Assembly: GCA_040954595.2 (NCBI GenBank)
Contig: CM082588.2
Span: 12,526,157-12,590,156, forward strand
DNA length: 64,000 bases
From: Balanoglossus misakiensis
Lineage: Eukaryota > Animalia > Hemichordata
Direction: 5' to 3'
The notes below the pieces were generated by a model that did no database searches, had not been told where the DNA came from, and saw only the letters and a list, made by a program, of their open reading frames with translations. The first letter of the stretch is position 1, and the number at the start of each line of letters is the position of its first letter. The position numbers and the translations under genes were made by a program. Below, one piece after another: positions 13,108 through 26,346 of the stretch.

Positions 13108-16100
13108 CAATGGATCCGTGCGAACACAAACCTTAACCCATGCCGCAATGCTGGTACTTGCCAAGCAATCCAGGGATCTTGTACAGGCGTCACATGTCAA
13201 TGTGCTGGCTGCTACCTGGGCTTCACATGTGAAACACGTGAGTACAGTACTTTGTCATTTATTAAAAAATCTAAGTGCTGAGGTACATTGTAGTAATAAT
13301 AGCAGGTGTAGTCATTATCATCATCATCATCATCATCATCTTTAAGTCAGTCATATGATCGGTAATAAAAACAGTAAAATCACCAGTATAAAAACATAAC
13401 AGAGAAATAATGAACGTGTACTGGTGTTACCATAGGTAAGTGTTGTATAAAATTTTGAATTCCTGTCTTCCAGTTCCTAATCCATGCTTCACTAGTCCTT
13501 GTCTCAATGGAGGTACCTGCCAACAACAGGCAAATTCTTGTACTGCCACCATTGGCATGTGCACAGAGTGTTACTAGGGAACCAGGTGTGAGACAAGTAA
13601 GTTTGAATCTATAGCAGTTAATAATGATAATTATCATTTTTTTTATTATGATTTAAACTTCACTGATGTTGTACAAACACAAAAATAGAAATAATAATAA
13701 TAATAATAATAATAATAATTTATTTGTATAGCGTCAGTATCCACAAAAAATGTGATCAATGATGCTTAAAGCAAAAGTACAATACAACAAATGGCTAAAA
13801 AACAGATTTAAAAAGTAAAGTTTTAACATTTGATTTAAAAACAGATAAGTCTGGTGCCTGGCGAATGGTGAGTGGAAGATTATTCCAAAGAATTGGAGCA
13901 GCAACAGTAAAAGCACGATCACCATAACTCTTGGTGCGTGATCGAACAGGGCAGAGTTTGAACTGATCAGCTGACCTTAAATTGCGACACGGAACATATA
14001 GATTAGTCATGCTAGAAAGATAGATTGGACCAAGTTTATGAATGGATTTAAAAATGAGAACTAACATCTTAAAAACAATACGCTCTGTAACAGGTAGCCA
14101 GTGCAACTGATACAAAATTGGAGTGATATGACAGGTGATTTTTGAACGAGTAACAATCAGAAAGGGATAGCAGCTTAGCTCTATTCCGTTTCCAAAGTGT
14201 TTGTTCTTTTAAACTACCTGTGCATTTTTTTTATTTATTCTGATTATGCTAATATGCTAATTTGTTGGTTTGTCACATCACAATTTTTGTAGGAAACTCA
14301 CCCCTGGGAATTTTTTTCAGTCACTTACATACATTCATAATCACATGACATTGATGATCATGGAAAATTTGACCCTTTTCCTTGTAGGACTCAACCAGTG
14401 TCCACCAAATCCGTGCCATCTGTCAACCGGCTCGAAATTCCTGCTTTGATCTCACCTGCATATGTACTGGTTGCTACAAAGGTGATAGGTGTGAGATATG
14501 TAAGTATACAGCGCAGTCTCTTTTACCTTTTGTCTCTGATGCATTCAAATACCGCATGTTTCCTGAGCATAGGTGTAGCCATCACCACAGCAGAGCTTGG
14601 AGAGTTCTTGACATCGAATGCAAGATTACACTCTTCCCAATCAAAATCACTTTCGTAGCGCATAATGTCTTGATTGTCTTAGTTCAAGAAACATTATGCG
14701 CGACTGGCCAATTTTACTGCCTTTTGTCAACGCACATCCACTATGGAAATTCTCACTCCAGGCCAGATAGTGTAAATTTGCATATGAGTCTACAGGTATG
14801 CTTGAAGTCAAGTCAAGCATTTGCAAGGAACCCTCCTCCAGTACACAGGTCTTTGATTTCATGAAGGGAAGCCCTTGCCTCACAGTCACTGCCACATGAT
14901 CTATGGAGGTGTGAACAACTTGATACCAGCCTAATATAAGTTGTAGGCACAATCACTCCACACACCCTTGCCATAATTCTGCAAGGTTTTTGCCATATCT
15001 GTACTGTAGAATGAGTAGCAAGGAATAAAATGGCGTCCTTTCTTAATTTCCAGTGCAAAACCCCTGTGATCCCAACCATGTATGAATGGTGGATTTTGCC
15101 AGCAAACATCGTGCAATTTCTATTCATGCCAGTGTGTGAACTCTTACACAGGTGACATCTGTCAAACCATAGACCCTAGAGAAAGAAGGACGAGCAACTG
15201 CGGCAAAGATCAAAGGGTTTGGGGATTATCTGTATGATGATGTTCTTTTGCATATAATTAACACCCAGGACAGTTGGACAATGACTTCCTTACTTCGGCA
15301 CGTGTCGACCCCACCAGTGATGCGAAAACTTGCCACCAAACTGGCACTCCTGCATTTCAGCAGCCACTGCGTTTTTTTCTAAAATTCTAAAAGTATTACG
15401 ATGTCTGTGCTAATTATTATGGTTTGGTGTTCGTCTGTCGGTTGAACGGTCATTTCTAGTGCCACAAGCTTCATTTAAAAATTGTAAACAAATCATCCAT
15501 GTTTTTTGCATGTCCGACTGGGCACTCATATTTCTTGGTAACGCTAACACTTTTCTTAATAATTTTATGTTTGTGTGAAGCATTGAAATAAAAAGTGTGG
15601 TTTAGGGGCATTTTATTTCGCAGCGCGTGAACAATAAAACAGATTTCACGAAAACAATTTGTAAACAAACTGGGTGGATTTTCATGTGTGCGCTATGGCC
15701 GCCAGGCAACCCTCGGTACGGTTAGCTCACAGCCTTGTGAAATACCCGGACTGTTAGACAAAAGATGCTTGTTTTGGACGCTGTCAGACTCAGAGGTGCC
15801 AAATTCCTGTTTAACTTGTCCAGATGTGTTCCATAAATGATCGCTGCGTTCAACCACGTTGCACTTTTCTCGTCTTCTGCGAGATGTTCTAAGGTGTTTG
15901 TGACAACTTCACGCAAAACGCGAGACTTTGCGTTAGTTTATACACAGTTTATTTGCAAATTGGATTATTGGGATTTACCTGGAAATAATGTATGCAAAAG
16001 AACATCATTTCAAGAAAAAACTGGAGTTGCGCGTCCTTCTTTCTCTAGTGTCCATGGTCAAACAAGTGAGTATATACTTTCAAGACACCCTGCAAACAAA

Positions 16101-18976
16101 CAAGCAATCTTCATTCCGTAGATCTTTAAGCATATTTATGCATTGTAAATTTTGATGTGAAACTTCAAATTTTATTGGTCTTGTTGCCAAACTTCTGAAG
16201 AAATGAGGATATTGTTTTGAAGGGTATTTTATCAGTAGATAACAAATACCATGGCCCTCCATGCAAATACCCACATGGTAAATTAAAACTGTTGCAGGTG
16301 TATTTGATTTCCACATATGGATTACATGTGGGATAATATTGGGTGCTGGCAGTTTCAGTAAATGAACTGCTCTATTGCTGAGATAACAATAGGTTGCACT
16401 TTTTATTGCAGTCCAAGATCCATGCCAGCGAAACAGCTGTCTCAACGGGGCTGTATGTAATGCAGTGGCCAACTCCTGCACGGCATATACCTGTGCCTGT
16501 ACTGGTTGCTATGAGGGTAACCGTTGTGAAATATGTAAGTTTCTGACGTACCGTAAATGACAATCTTTTGGGCACTTTCTCTTCATAGCAATTGAATTGT
16601 GTGGTAACTTCTCATTTCTAAAATTTCCCCAAGAGAAAAGAAAGGAAAAGAAAACAGAAATTTCATTTGTATGTCCGTGCAATTTAGGATAGGCACGAAC
16701 TTGTGAGGAAGTGTACGAAGCTGGATGTTTTCATCACTCAAATATACAAGAGTTGCCTCTTGAAGACTAGTGTCTGTAGAGATAATTGTGCATGTGAGGT
16801 AATCTCTCCTAAGGTGGTGCACACATCTGAGTATTAAGTAAAAGAGACGTCCTTAATTATCCTTACTATTTGGCTTGAAAAATCAATCTTACTAGGTGTT
16901 CTGATTAGAGAGGTGTCCATGAGGTGACTACACCTGTTACTGCCAGTAGTGTTGGACTGGGGCCATCTGTGCCGTAGGTGTGTCGAATTACTGTTTTATG
17001 ACACAGCGTGGTATATAAACCCTCATTTTTGGTATTCTCAATGTGATAGATGGACCCATACACCAATAAATGGGGTGGAAACATTACTAAGTTTCATCCT
17101 TTCAAAATTTGCTGATGTAGGGTCAAAATTGAGTGTGAGGTGCACGTTAAAAAGGAAAGCCTTCTGTATCATGTTGATGGCACATTTTTTAATTGTTCAA
17201 GATTCTTACAGAAAAATCCTAGCAATAGCATCATTATGTTATTTTAAATGTACAGGTTTGAAACAAGGAATGAAGACATTGCTCACATATTTAAACGAAA
17301 TGAACATCACAAGTACATGTACAAGTTTTTGACAAGCAGGTAATTGATACTTTCATTTTTGTTTTGGCAGCCATTGATCAGTTATACTCTATGCCTTGTG
17401 AAAATGGTGGCACATGCGTTGCGCGAGACGGCTGTTTCCTGTTTGACTGTATGTGTACCGAATGCTTCACTGGTGCCACATGTACAATGCGTAAGTACAA
17501 ACCAATATTATTTTATTCAATGCAAAACACTTGTTATGTATTATATAATATAAGTACGGTACACATATTAAAGCCCTGGTAACTCAAACTTTGGGCTAGC
17601 TTAATGTTATCACTATTTTTGTTTTCGGTTGCAACTGTGGTTTCTTGTCACACTCTAAAGGATTTCACAGCATTTGGTTTTTCAAAACAGCCCTTTGGTT
17701 GTTGTCATGTATACATGTACATGACAGTGGAGTGTAGTTTGTAGATTCTGTAATTTTGACAATATCTTGACTGCACATCCCACAGCTGTCAACCAGTGTC
17801 AACCCATCCAGTGTCGGAATGGTGGAAACTGTGTGCTGACGCCCAATTGGTGTACTGAATTCACATGCTCCTGTACAAGCTGTTACTCCAGCGATTTATG
17901 TCAGACATGTGAGTGATTTTAAATTTCAGATGAAGAGGAACATAATAACATAACACATAATCGGCTTGCAGTTGGTTTCTTCCAACCTGTATCAAACAGT
18001 GAATAACGACACAATTTTGGGGAAATTTATTAAGAATGTGTGTGCCATAAAAGGGGATTGTGTATTTGACCAAACAACAACCTGCACCGTATGGTACACT
18101 AAGACACTATTACACCTGTGTCAAAATTTCATTACTTTTCTTTTGTTGAACATGGAAGAAATTTGTCACAGTGATGTTCTGTTGACCAACTGAGATTTTT
18201 ACCACTCAACCCTGACTGCACAAATCTGTTTAAAGTATATGTAGTAAATATTAACTGTACACAATTTATATCACTTTCTCTTCTGTGCACAGATTTGAAT
18301 CCGTGTCAGCCCAACCCTTGTCTAAACAGTGGATTCTGCCAGCAAGTGTCCTGCACCGAGTTCAGATGCCAGAGTCCGCGCTGTTTCATCGGAACCACGT
18401 GCGCTGAACGTAAGCAAACCAGTGTCAGATTTCCCGCACAAAGTAGAAATCGCTGGGCTTTGTCATTGATATTGTCTCAATAAAGTTGCCTGTGATTGTG
18501 CAGCTAACCAAGAGACTTATATGCACTACCGTAGCCATGATGAATATTTTCATTGACTCAAATGCTCATCAGTGTGTTGCTATTTTTCCAACCGTAAATT
18601 GAAACATCAGAAAGTTATGACATCAACTACCCCCACCCCCACCCCACCCCACCCCCAACTAGTAAATATTATAAGATGCTGTAATTATGATAAAGATGGT
18701 AGCACCAAGCTTGGATCAAGTGGTCTTCATTATCCTTCACACATGAACATGATCACACGGATGTGCAATCTTCTGACAGTCTGCTACAGATTTCACTTCC
18801 CACTCAAGTGTGTAAGACCCTAATGTGATACTTTTCATTTCTCTCACCCTTAGCGATCAACCAGTGTCTTCTAAACCCATGTCTGAATAACGGAGTGTAT
18901 CAGCCACTTCAAGGCTCCTGCTCAATCTACACCTGCAACTGTCCAACCTGCTACACTGGGCAAACATGTGTTACAT
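13108..18976 (+). pseudogene. Array of ten 8-Cys EGF-like phase-1/1 exons
   Basis: Exons 13108-13237 (frameshift), 13474-13596 (TAG), 14388-14499 (11-bp deletion), 15054-~15170 (frameshift, no donor), 16412-16534 (open), ~16925-16977 (3' half, TAG), 17371-17490, 17786-17908 (open), 18293-18409, 18854-18976; most are 117-123 bp with ag/gt boundaries. Confidence 0.9.
13692..14158 (-). mobile_element. 5'-truncated L2/CR1-group LINE with (ATT)n tail, copy A only
   Basis: ORF 13795-14115 LHWLPVTERIVFK...YGDRAFTVAAPILWNNLP; AGAAA direct repeats at 13687-13691 and 14159-14163; single AGAAA in copy B (about 32565). Confidence 0.9.
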
Positions 18977-18988
18977 GTAAGTCACAAG

Positions 18989-20050
18989 TTTTTAGGTCCC
19001 ATTGGTATGTACCATGGTACCTTATGGGATTGGTTACGTCTGTATGTATGGATGGATGGATGGATGTTTGTTCAAATGAAGATGTCATTGCCAAAATATG
19101 CAAATTAGCTGGGAAAATGTGAAATTGGTCAAAACTCAAAAACTGGACAACCACTGGTCATATTGATTTGAAAATTGGTATGCATTAACCTTATATCAAC
19201 CTCATACAATCCTGTTTGTTTTGAGCTAATATTATCGATTTTTTATGCATTTTTTTGTATTTTTCCATGTTATTGGTAAAAAGTCTTTGAAATTTAGTAT
19301 GAAGCTTCCTAATGGTTGTCTAAGTAACCATAGTTTTATTCAAATTGTTGCAAAATTTGCATATCTATAATTTTGAGCAATAGTTGCCATTTTTGGTCAA
19401 AAAATGTTTTTCTTTAAAACCTCATGCCAGATTGCTTTGCAATTTGGTAGGCATATTCGTAGGGGTAACCTAAATAATATGTTGTAAAAAAATGTGATAT
19501 TTGCATAAATGTGTTATCGGGGAAACTTTTGCAATTTTTGTCAAAAATTGTTTTCTCTGAAACCGCTTGTCCTATTGCATTGAACTTTGGCAGCATGTTC
19601 CTTGTAGTGATTGAAGTAAGATATTGTACAATTTTGGTGATATTTGCATATTTGTGTTTTTGCCACATTTGAACAAATATTTTCTGTGAAACTGCTTGTT
19701 GGATTGCTTTGAAATTAGTTTTTTCTCTGATTGCTTTGAAATTTAGGATATAATTTCATAACACATACCTGTATATGTGCAACTTTTATTCAATTCTGAG
19801 ATCAGAAAGATTAAATATTTAGCGAGTTTTTTGGTAAGTTTCTTTGTTTTTGGTTAGCAAATCTTCTCCTAAACAAATTGTCCAGTTATTTCTAAAGTTA
19901 CTATTTACAAGGAGTTGTTACCTCAAACAAAGACATGTTTACATAACTTAAATAGGCCAGCTGTTACAGAGACCACCAGCTATCAAATTTTTATTACCAG
20001 TGGCAGGTCAGTGTGTGTCTGTTCCAGGACTGACTGAAAGAAGTTGCTTC
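18989..20050 (+). mobile_element. Helentron/HINE-like non-autonomous element
   Basis: Starts in a T-run; short hairpin ggtcccattggtatgtaccatggtacc; then (GTAT)/(GGAT)n microsatellite and degenerate internal repeats. Confidence 0.5.
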
Positions 20051-20805
20051 GCATGTGTGTTTGTACAGACAATTTTTGGTCAATTTTTTTTCTAGCACCA
20101 CTTGTAAGACTGCCAGGACACATGACAGTTTATTGGGCATGTTCCTTGTTAATGTTTTTACATTCCATATTTCTACATGGTCAGATCATATCTGCTTGCA
20201 AATGTCACCTGTAATTTTTATTCTGGTGTGTCACTGTTTCCGCATAATCCTCAAATGTCATCAGATATCCGAATGTGATGAAAACAGTGTGTTTTGAGTG
20301 TTTTTTAAATGACCTTTTGGGTTAAAAGTGGCAAAAATGGCAATTTTGTCTTGAAAGGGGTCAATAAGACTGACTTTTTTGGAATTAGCACCATATTTTA
20401 CATTGAATGGACTAGTCTAGGACTTTCCTTACCAAAAATTCTGTTTAATCTTCTGTAACATGTATACTAGAATACATGTAGCTGCCTGATAGTTTGCCCT
20501 GTGTGTGTAATTGCTGAGTGACATAACGCATTATGTGATTGGTGCAGTCACGTAACCACCAATCAGAGCGCTTGTTGTAAGGAGAACTGCACGACCTTTA
20601 ACCGCATTAGCATACCTGATTTTTAGGGCTCGATATTACCTCTGAGGACGCAATATTTAAGTTGAAGTTTTTTTCTTTTATCATATTAGAGCAAGAAGAC
20701 TTGTTTTTTATGTAAAAGAAATAGACCCTAATATACAGAGTGCATTTTGAAACGATAGGCAGGTCCGGCCCATAGCCTAATTCTTCATTTTTCTGTCATG
20801 CGTAG

Positions 20806-22932
20806 GAATTGATCAGTGCTAACAACCCATGTCAAAATGGCAGCACTTGCCAACCCTAACCTCGTGTGTGGCATTGACGTGCACCTGCCAAGGATGCTAT
20901 ACTGGGGAGCGCTGTGAAAATTGTCAGTCAGTTTCTTTTCTCAAATTAATCAATATGTGTGGGACTGCTATACATGTATATAAAACAGAATACTGTGATG
21001 GAAAATTCTATAACTTAATGTTTCAGTGGATATATGACTTAAAGTTAGCAGGATGCAGTGAATTCAACAGAAAGTGTAATTTCCTCTTGTGTGAGCTCTG
21101 TGCGACTGTGCCAATGAAAATCTCACCACAAACAAAAATGACAGGTATACACTGTATATTAGCAGCTTTGTCTCTGTAATAGCCATAGTGTTTTGAAGTT
21201 GAAAACTTGCAAAGTGTGCAGTTTTATTCACACTACAAAGGAAACATTGTTGAAACGGATTATCTGTGTACATTGTCAAACTGTACACTTGTCGTGAGAT
21301 TTATTCTCAATTATATTATATCATGCTACCGTCCTCAATTCTGATTGGACGAGAGCTAAATCCAGCGATGCTAAAATACTCAATAATGCACTGCTGGCAG
21401 TGCTAAAACGGGCTTTCTGTTTGCCACCTGGGTTTGTTCTTTAGGTTGTTGTATGTGTTTACACTCAGCATGTTTATTGTAGAACCAGGGTCGATCAGTG
21501 AGGCAACTGCTGTTTGTTCTATTTGCACTGTTACTCGAGGCCTCCTGCCATTTGATTGTTGTGCAGTGAAGCAGTATTCATCTCCCGAGCTGTCTTCCAC
21601 TTTATGCACAGCTTTGACAGTTTCATCCTTGTCTACCCTATTTGCCTTGCCTTTTGATCGGCAGCATTTGGCAAAATGGTTATGTTTGCCACACTTCCTG
21701 CATGACTTACCTTTAGCTGGACATACTGAGTCATGTGGATAGGTGCCACCACAATAATAACAAGTGGACGGTCCTTTCGCTGGCTGCTGATGAGCTCTCT
21801 TTTGTTTATTTGGTTTCGGGCGTTGGTGGCGCTGTTTTCTGACCGCATTCACAGATGCCGTATCTGCACCATTATTTTGGGTTTTCTCCTCAATCCCACT
21901 AGCCTGAACCTCTGATACCTCAAATGAATGGCTGTACTCAGTATATTCTCTAGTGTCGTCTCCTCCCGAAGAGCACGACGTCTGAGACGGGCTGATGTGA
22001 ATCCTCGTATGATTTGTGATTTGACCTCTTGATCCTTTTTGGTGAAGTCATATATGTTTCTGCTAGGCGTTGCAAACAAGTGTGATAGGCATCAATATAT
22101 TCGCCGTTGTTTTGTATGGTGTCTCTGAAGATGAATCGTTCGTATTCAATGTTCCGTTTGGGTGAGAAGTACGATGTAAGCTTTAATTTGGCTGTTTCAC
22201 AGCTCGTTCCTGTATCTGGTAGAGTATCAAAGAAGTCGGAAACTTCCTCACCTGCCCAGTGCAATAGCAGTGCACGTTGTGGCTTGTCATCTGTAATGTT
22301 GAATGCGACAAATGCGTTTTCTACTCTAGCCATGTACTTTTTCCATCTCGTACTGGTGGTTGTCGGGTCTGAATGAACAGGAAAACTCGGCATTGATGGC
22401 TAGCTGATTCTCCATGTTCTCCGTCCTCGTCGCCAAATATAGAATCGTGGGTGGGCAATAATGACAACACGAGACACCAAGTCCGGCATGTAAGAGTGAG
22501 AGTGCCTAGCCTCGTTCACGCACTTTATTCATAATGACCCGAATGTTGCATTACATCATTTTACAGAATGTATAAAGTATAGATGCTCACTAGTGTTTGG
22601 ACACTACAATATACATGTGACTGCAGTGTCTTTCCAATCATGAATTTGCAAGCTGTCCTTCGGAGAAAATCTTCTGATTCTCTTTTCTGATTTGCTTTGC
22701 ATATTTAACTTAATGATCTAATGTGTTGGAATTCCCTGTCTCAAATTTTTGATGATCAGTCTCTGCCCCATTGCTCATCGTCCCAACTTTCTTGTGTATT
22801 GAAAACCAGGAATCAACCAATGTGATCCCAATCTGTGCTTGAAGAGTTGTTTCTGCCAGATGACATCTGGATCATGTGAACTGTACACATGTTTCTGTCA
22901 GAATTGTTACACTGGTGACCTTTGTGAACAAA
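20806..22932 (+). pseudogene. Two 8-Cys EGF-like exons (20806-20922 disrupted; 22810-22932 open, 123 bp)
   Basis: Paralogs of the 1383 and 3387 exons; second reads INQCDPNLCLKSCFCQMTSGSCELYTCFCQNCYTGDLCEQ. Confidence 0.88.
21395..22608 (-). mobile_element. Ty3/Gypsy remnant, copy B
   Basis: Same gag/protease ORFs (21403-21852, 21950-22393); PBS at 22425-22435; LTR at 22438-22608. Confidence 0.9.
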
Positions 22933-25900
22933 GTAAGTTTTGATTTATTGTCTTGGGTTAATAATTTATACAGTTCAAAGTATCACCATTTCTTTCAATA
23001 TGTAGATTTTTTTGTTTTTCTCTACAAGTGTAATCAAGATCTGCATGAAAATTTGTGTCGCTGTCACCGAACCTAGCTAGTCCATACAACCAACAGTATG
23101 AATCACCACCTCATACTGGGCGTAGCCATAGGCTATACATGCCTGCCGGTATCGAAGGCCATTATGAGTATTGGTACCAGACCCCTCTTGAGAATGAATC
23201 ATGGTTCCACCCTTATGGTAAAAAGTAAGATTACTCCATGCTAATAAATGACAATATTAGAATGAAAGTACATTCCAAGTGACTTGTTGGGAGCATCGGG
23301 CCACTTAATCCCGAAAAATTGCAATCGGCCTGATTTTCAGTTAACCAATCTAAAGCCCAACTTTTCGTGTATTTAGTTGGGTTTCTAAAACTAACAAATT
23401 TGTTGACAATATTAATGGCATGATGAACACTACTCTCATCAAATAAAATAATGTTGTGTCGTCCAGAACTGGTGTAATTTTTATGTGTTTGGAATCGTAG
23501 ACACCATTTATCTTTTAGTCAACTCTAAGTCTAATATAACAGTCGCAAAAATTGCTATGACAAACAAAAACTGAAGTGCTGACAGGGGACACCCTTGTCA
23601 GATCCCTTTGGATGGATAACATTTAGAAAAGACATTGCCATTTTTCAAACATCTAGTATGTGATTATACATAGTTTTAACCCTAACGCTGCCAAGTCAGT
23701 TTGATATCCAGGGTGCCTAGAATCCTGGCTCCCAGGCCTGTTAGGCTGCCAAGGGCGTGTTACGCAGTAGGGCCTATACAAGACGTTCAAACCAAACCAG
23801 AGCAAACCAGTACGATTTAGTACATGTAAGGGGGGCTTAGACTGCCAAGTGTGTCTAAGTTATGAGAGCCATGGCAAGACAGTCAAAATACGTTTAGGGA
23901 GAAAAAATGGCAAATACATATTTTAAGGGACTTGACACTCTAAACAGGTATGACACCTAGTAGCATTAGGGTTAAAATATAGCTGCAAGCCACAATGGTC
24001 ATCTGAGGTCACCCGAAATTTGGGCAAAATTTTTTTACCCCATACTGGTCCAGGTCCATCAGAAACCAAACCTTCAGCCCTATTGGTTCGCCTGGAGTTA
24101 GGTATGCACATAATTAATGAGTTAAGCAGTTGTACAGGTGACCTCAAAATTCGGCTTTTCATTTTAGTCCCATCCCTTGAAATGCTAAGGCTGTACCTGC
24201 TCTGGAGGCCGAGATATGAGAAAGTAGATCACCTGAGGTCACCCAAAATTTTATGGAAAAATTGGACCCCACACTTGTCCATGTCCAACAGAAACAAAAC
24301 CTCTAGCCCTATTGGTAAGCCTAGAATTAGGTATGCACATAATTAATTAGGTCAAAGGTCAAGGGGTAACAAGTACATGTGTATGCTTCATCCCACCAAA
24401 TATGAAGTCTGTCGGTCTAATAGTTACGTACTTATGAGCATTTATGTTATATATAGTTCAAAGGTCACCAAGGTCATGTGACATTGCGGCGAAATGATTT
24501 GGTCCAATAGTTGTACCTGTCCACCAAAAATCAGCTCCCTAGGTGTATTAGTTAGCGTAGAAATAGATATGTGTTTTTCAAGGTGGGTCAAAGGTCAAGG
24601 GGTCACCCGAAATTTGGCTTCTCATTTCGGCCCCTTGGTCAGTCCCTGTTCACTCCATAAATGGAGACGTGTTCTGCGCAACCGCAGTACGTGTAACCTC
24701 GTGAACTCAGATGTGCACATGCGTACAGCAGTCCCTGTTCACTCCATAAATGGAGACGTGTTCTGCGCAACCACAGCTGGACCTGTGAAAGATCAAATCC
24801 GATCGACATATTTAGTTTCCGTATATTATACTGACCAATGCAGACTAAATCTAATAGAATTACTACATGTAGTATATCGTGTATAATACACACGTTTGGC
24901 AATATTGCAGTTTGTGTGTTAGATGCAGACGTGTATACCCGATCTAAATTTCCGACCTACACATGTACATGTATCACTGTTCACATGTACATACACCGTA
25001 ACTGCGTTCTGAAAATGACATGGTATTTTCAAAATGTTACCCCAGATTACCCCATCATGTGAGAGCCATGAAACTCACACCCATTGTCCAGCAGTAGTTA
25101 GTTGACTATCCTATTCACTCAAAACAAAAAGAATGGGTGTGAAAAAGTCACTAAAACAGCATTGATACAGAGGTGTATAACACTGTCCATGATTTCAAGA
25201 GAAAAACATGAACGCAGCCCAGGCAGATCGGTCACTGTATGTGGCGATATCTTTCTAAGTATTTCACTCAACTTGTACAGACGATGCCATGCTGTCTTCT
25301 GGAATGTGCTGGTAACGTCACACATCGAAACATATTGATGATGCCCTTCCCTGCGGCTCGGGCATCATGAATATTATTAAGGTCAAAGATCACCATCCCT
25401 TGTGCAGGCAAAAGATCATGACATTGCCCTCGCTAACATGTGTTATTATTTAAATACGATGTTGTCATAGCTTTACTATGCAGGTATAGTAAAGCATATG
25501 CCTTGGTCCAGACCCCCCCCCCCCATGGTCAATGAAAAAATATGAAATATAATGATCAAAAATCTTCTTCTCAAAATCGGCATACCCTAATTTGAAAATT
25601 TCGCCCTTATATGGTCATCAGGTCACTTGACTAATTTAACATTCACGGACGTACTGCACCAGATCTCATTGGCCTGCATCATTGTGCCAAATTTGAGAAT
25701 TGTAGGTTTAGCCATTTTCAAGATCATAGTGGCCGATGAAAGTGCCCAAGAAGAAGAAAAATGCCAGCAATACCAATAGGGGCCCCGCTCATAGGGGCTT
25801 GGGCCCCCAAAAACGCCAGTAATACCAATAGGGGCCCCGCCCATAGGGGCTTGGGCCCCTAATAAGTCAGTTGTAAAGTTATTACTGAGCTTGAATTTCA

Positions 25901-26346
25901 CTAGCGCCTAAAAGTAAACAAAAACTGATGGTCAAAGTATCACAAGCTTTATTTTGGTTTGATGTAGGATGTAATATGCTTATAGCACACTGCCAAATTA
26001 ATGTCAACCAATAAGACCGGTAGGATATGATCGAAAACCACACGTATTAATGTGTAAAAGGCCGAACTTCCCAATAAATTTGGGTAGCCGACTACAGAGG
26101 AGTCGAACCGATGCATGAACTGAAGTATCAAGACACATGGACTATTATTTATTGTTTCAGCAATTTGACTTAAATTTATAATTTCCTATGGCAGTTTTTG
26201 CCGACAAGAATCAATGCCCGACCAAACAAAATGGACATTTTCACATGATCGTTACTGAGGTCACAAGTTAGCCAAGCCCTCATACACGCGCTATTCGGAA
26301 GTATCGGTGATCTGTTTATGTGTTTAGCTAAGGTGGTAAACTGTTC

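Larger units (their letters stand above)
1..17776 (+). repeat. Segmental duplication copy A (continues upstream of window)
   Basis: Base 1 ccagattgctttgcaatttggtaggc recurs at 19427; colinear match continues to ...aatatcttgactgcac (17776 vs 37037); paired ORFs, e.g. 629/20055, 2527/21950, 5662/25102. Confidence 0.97.

Noticed and set aside
13108-18976. Dscam-like mutually exclusive exon cassette or programmed diversification system
   Set aside because: Symmetric phase-1 exons are normal for EGF arrays; many carry stops or frameshifts shared by both copies; no docking/selector elements seen
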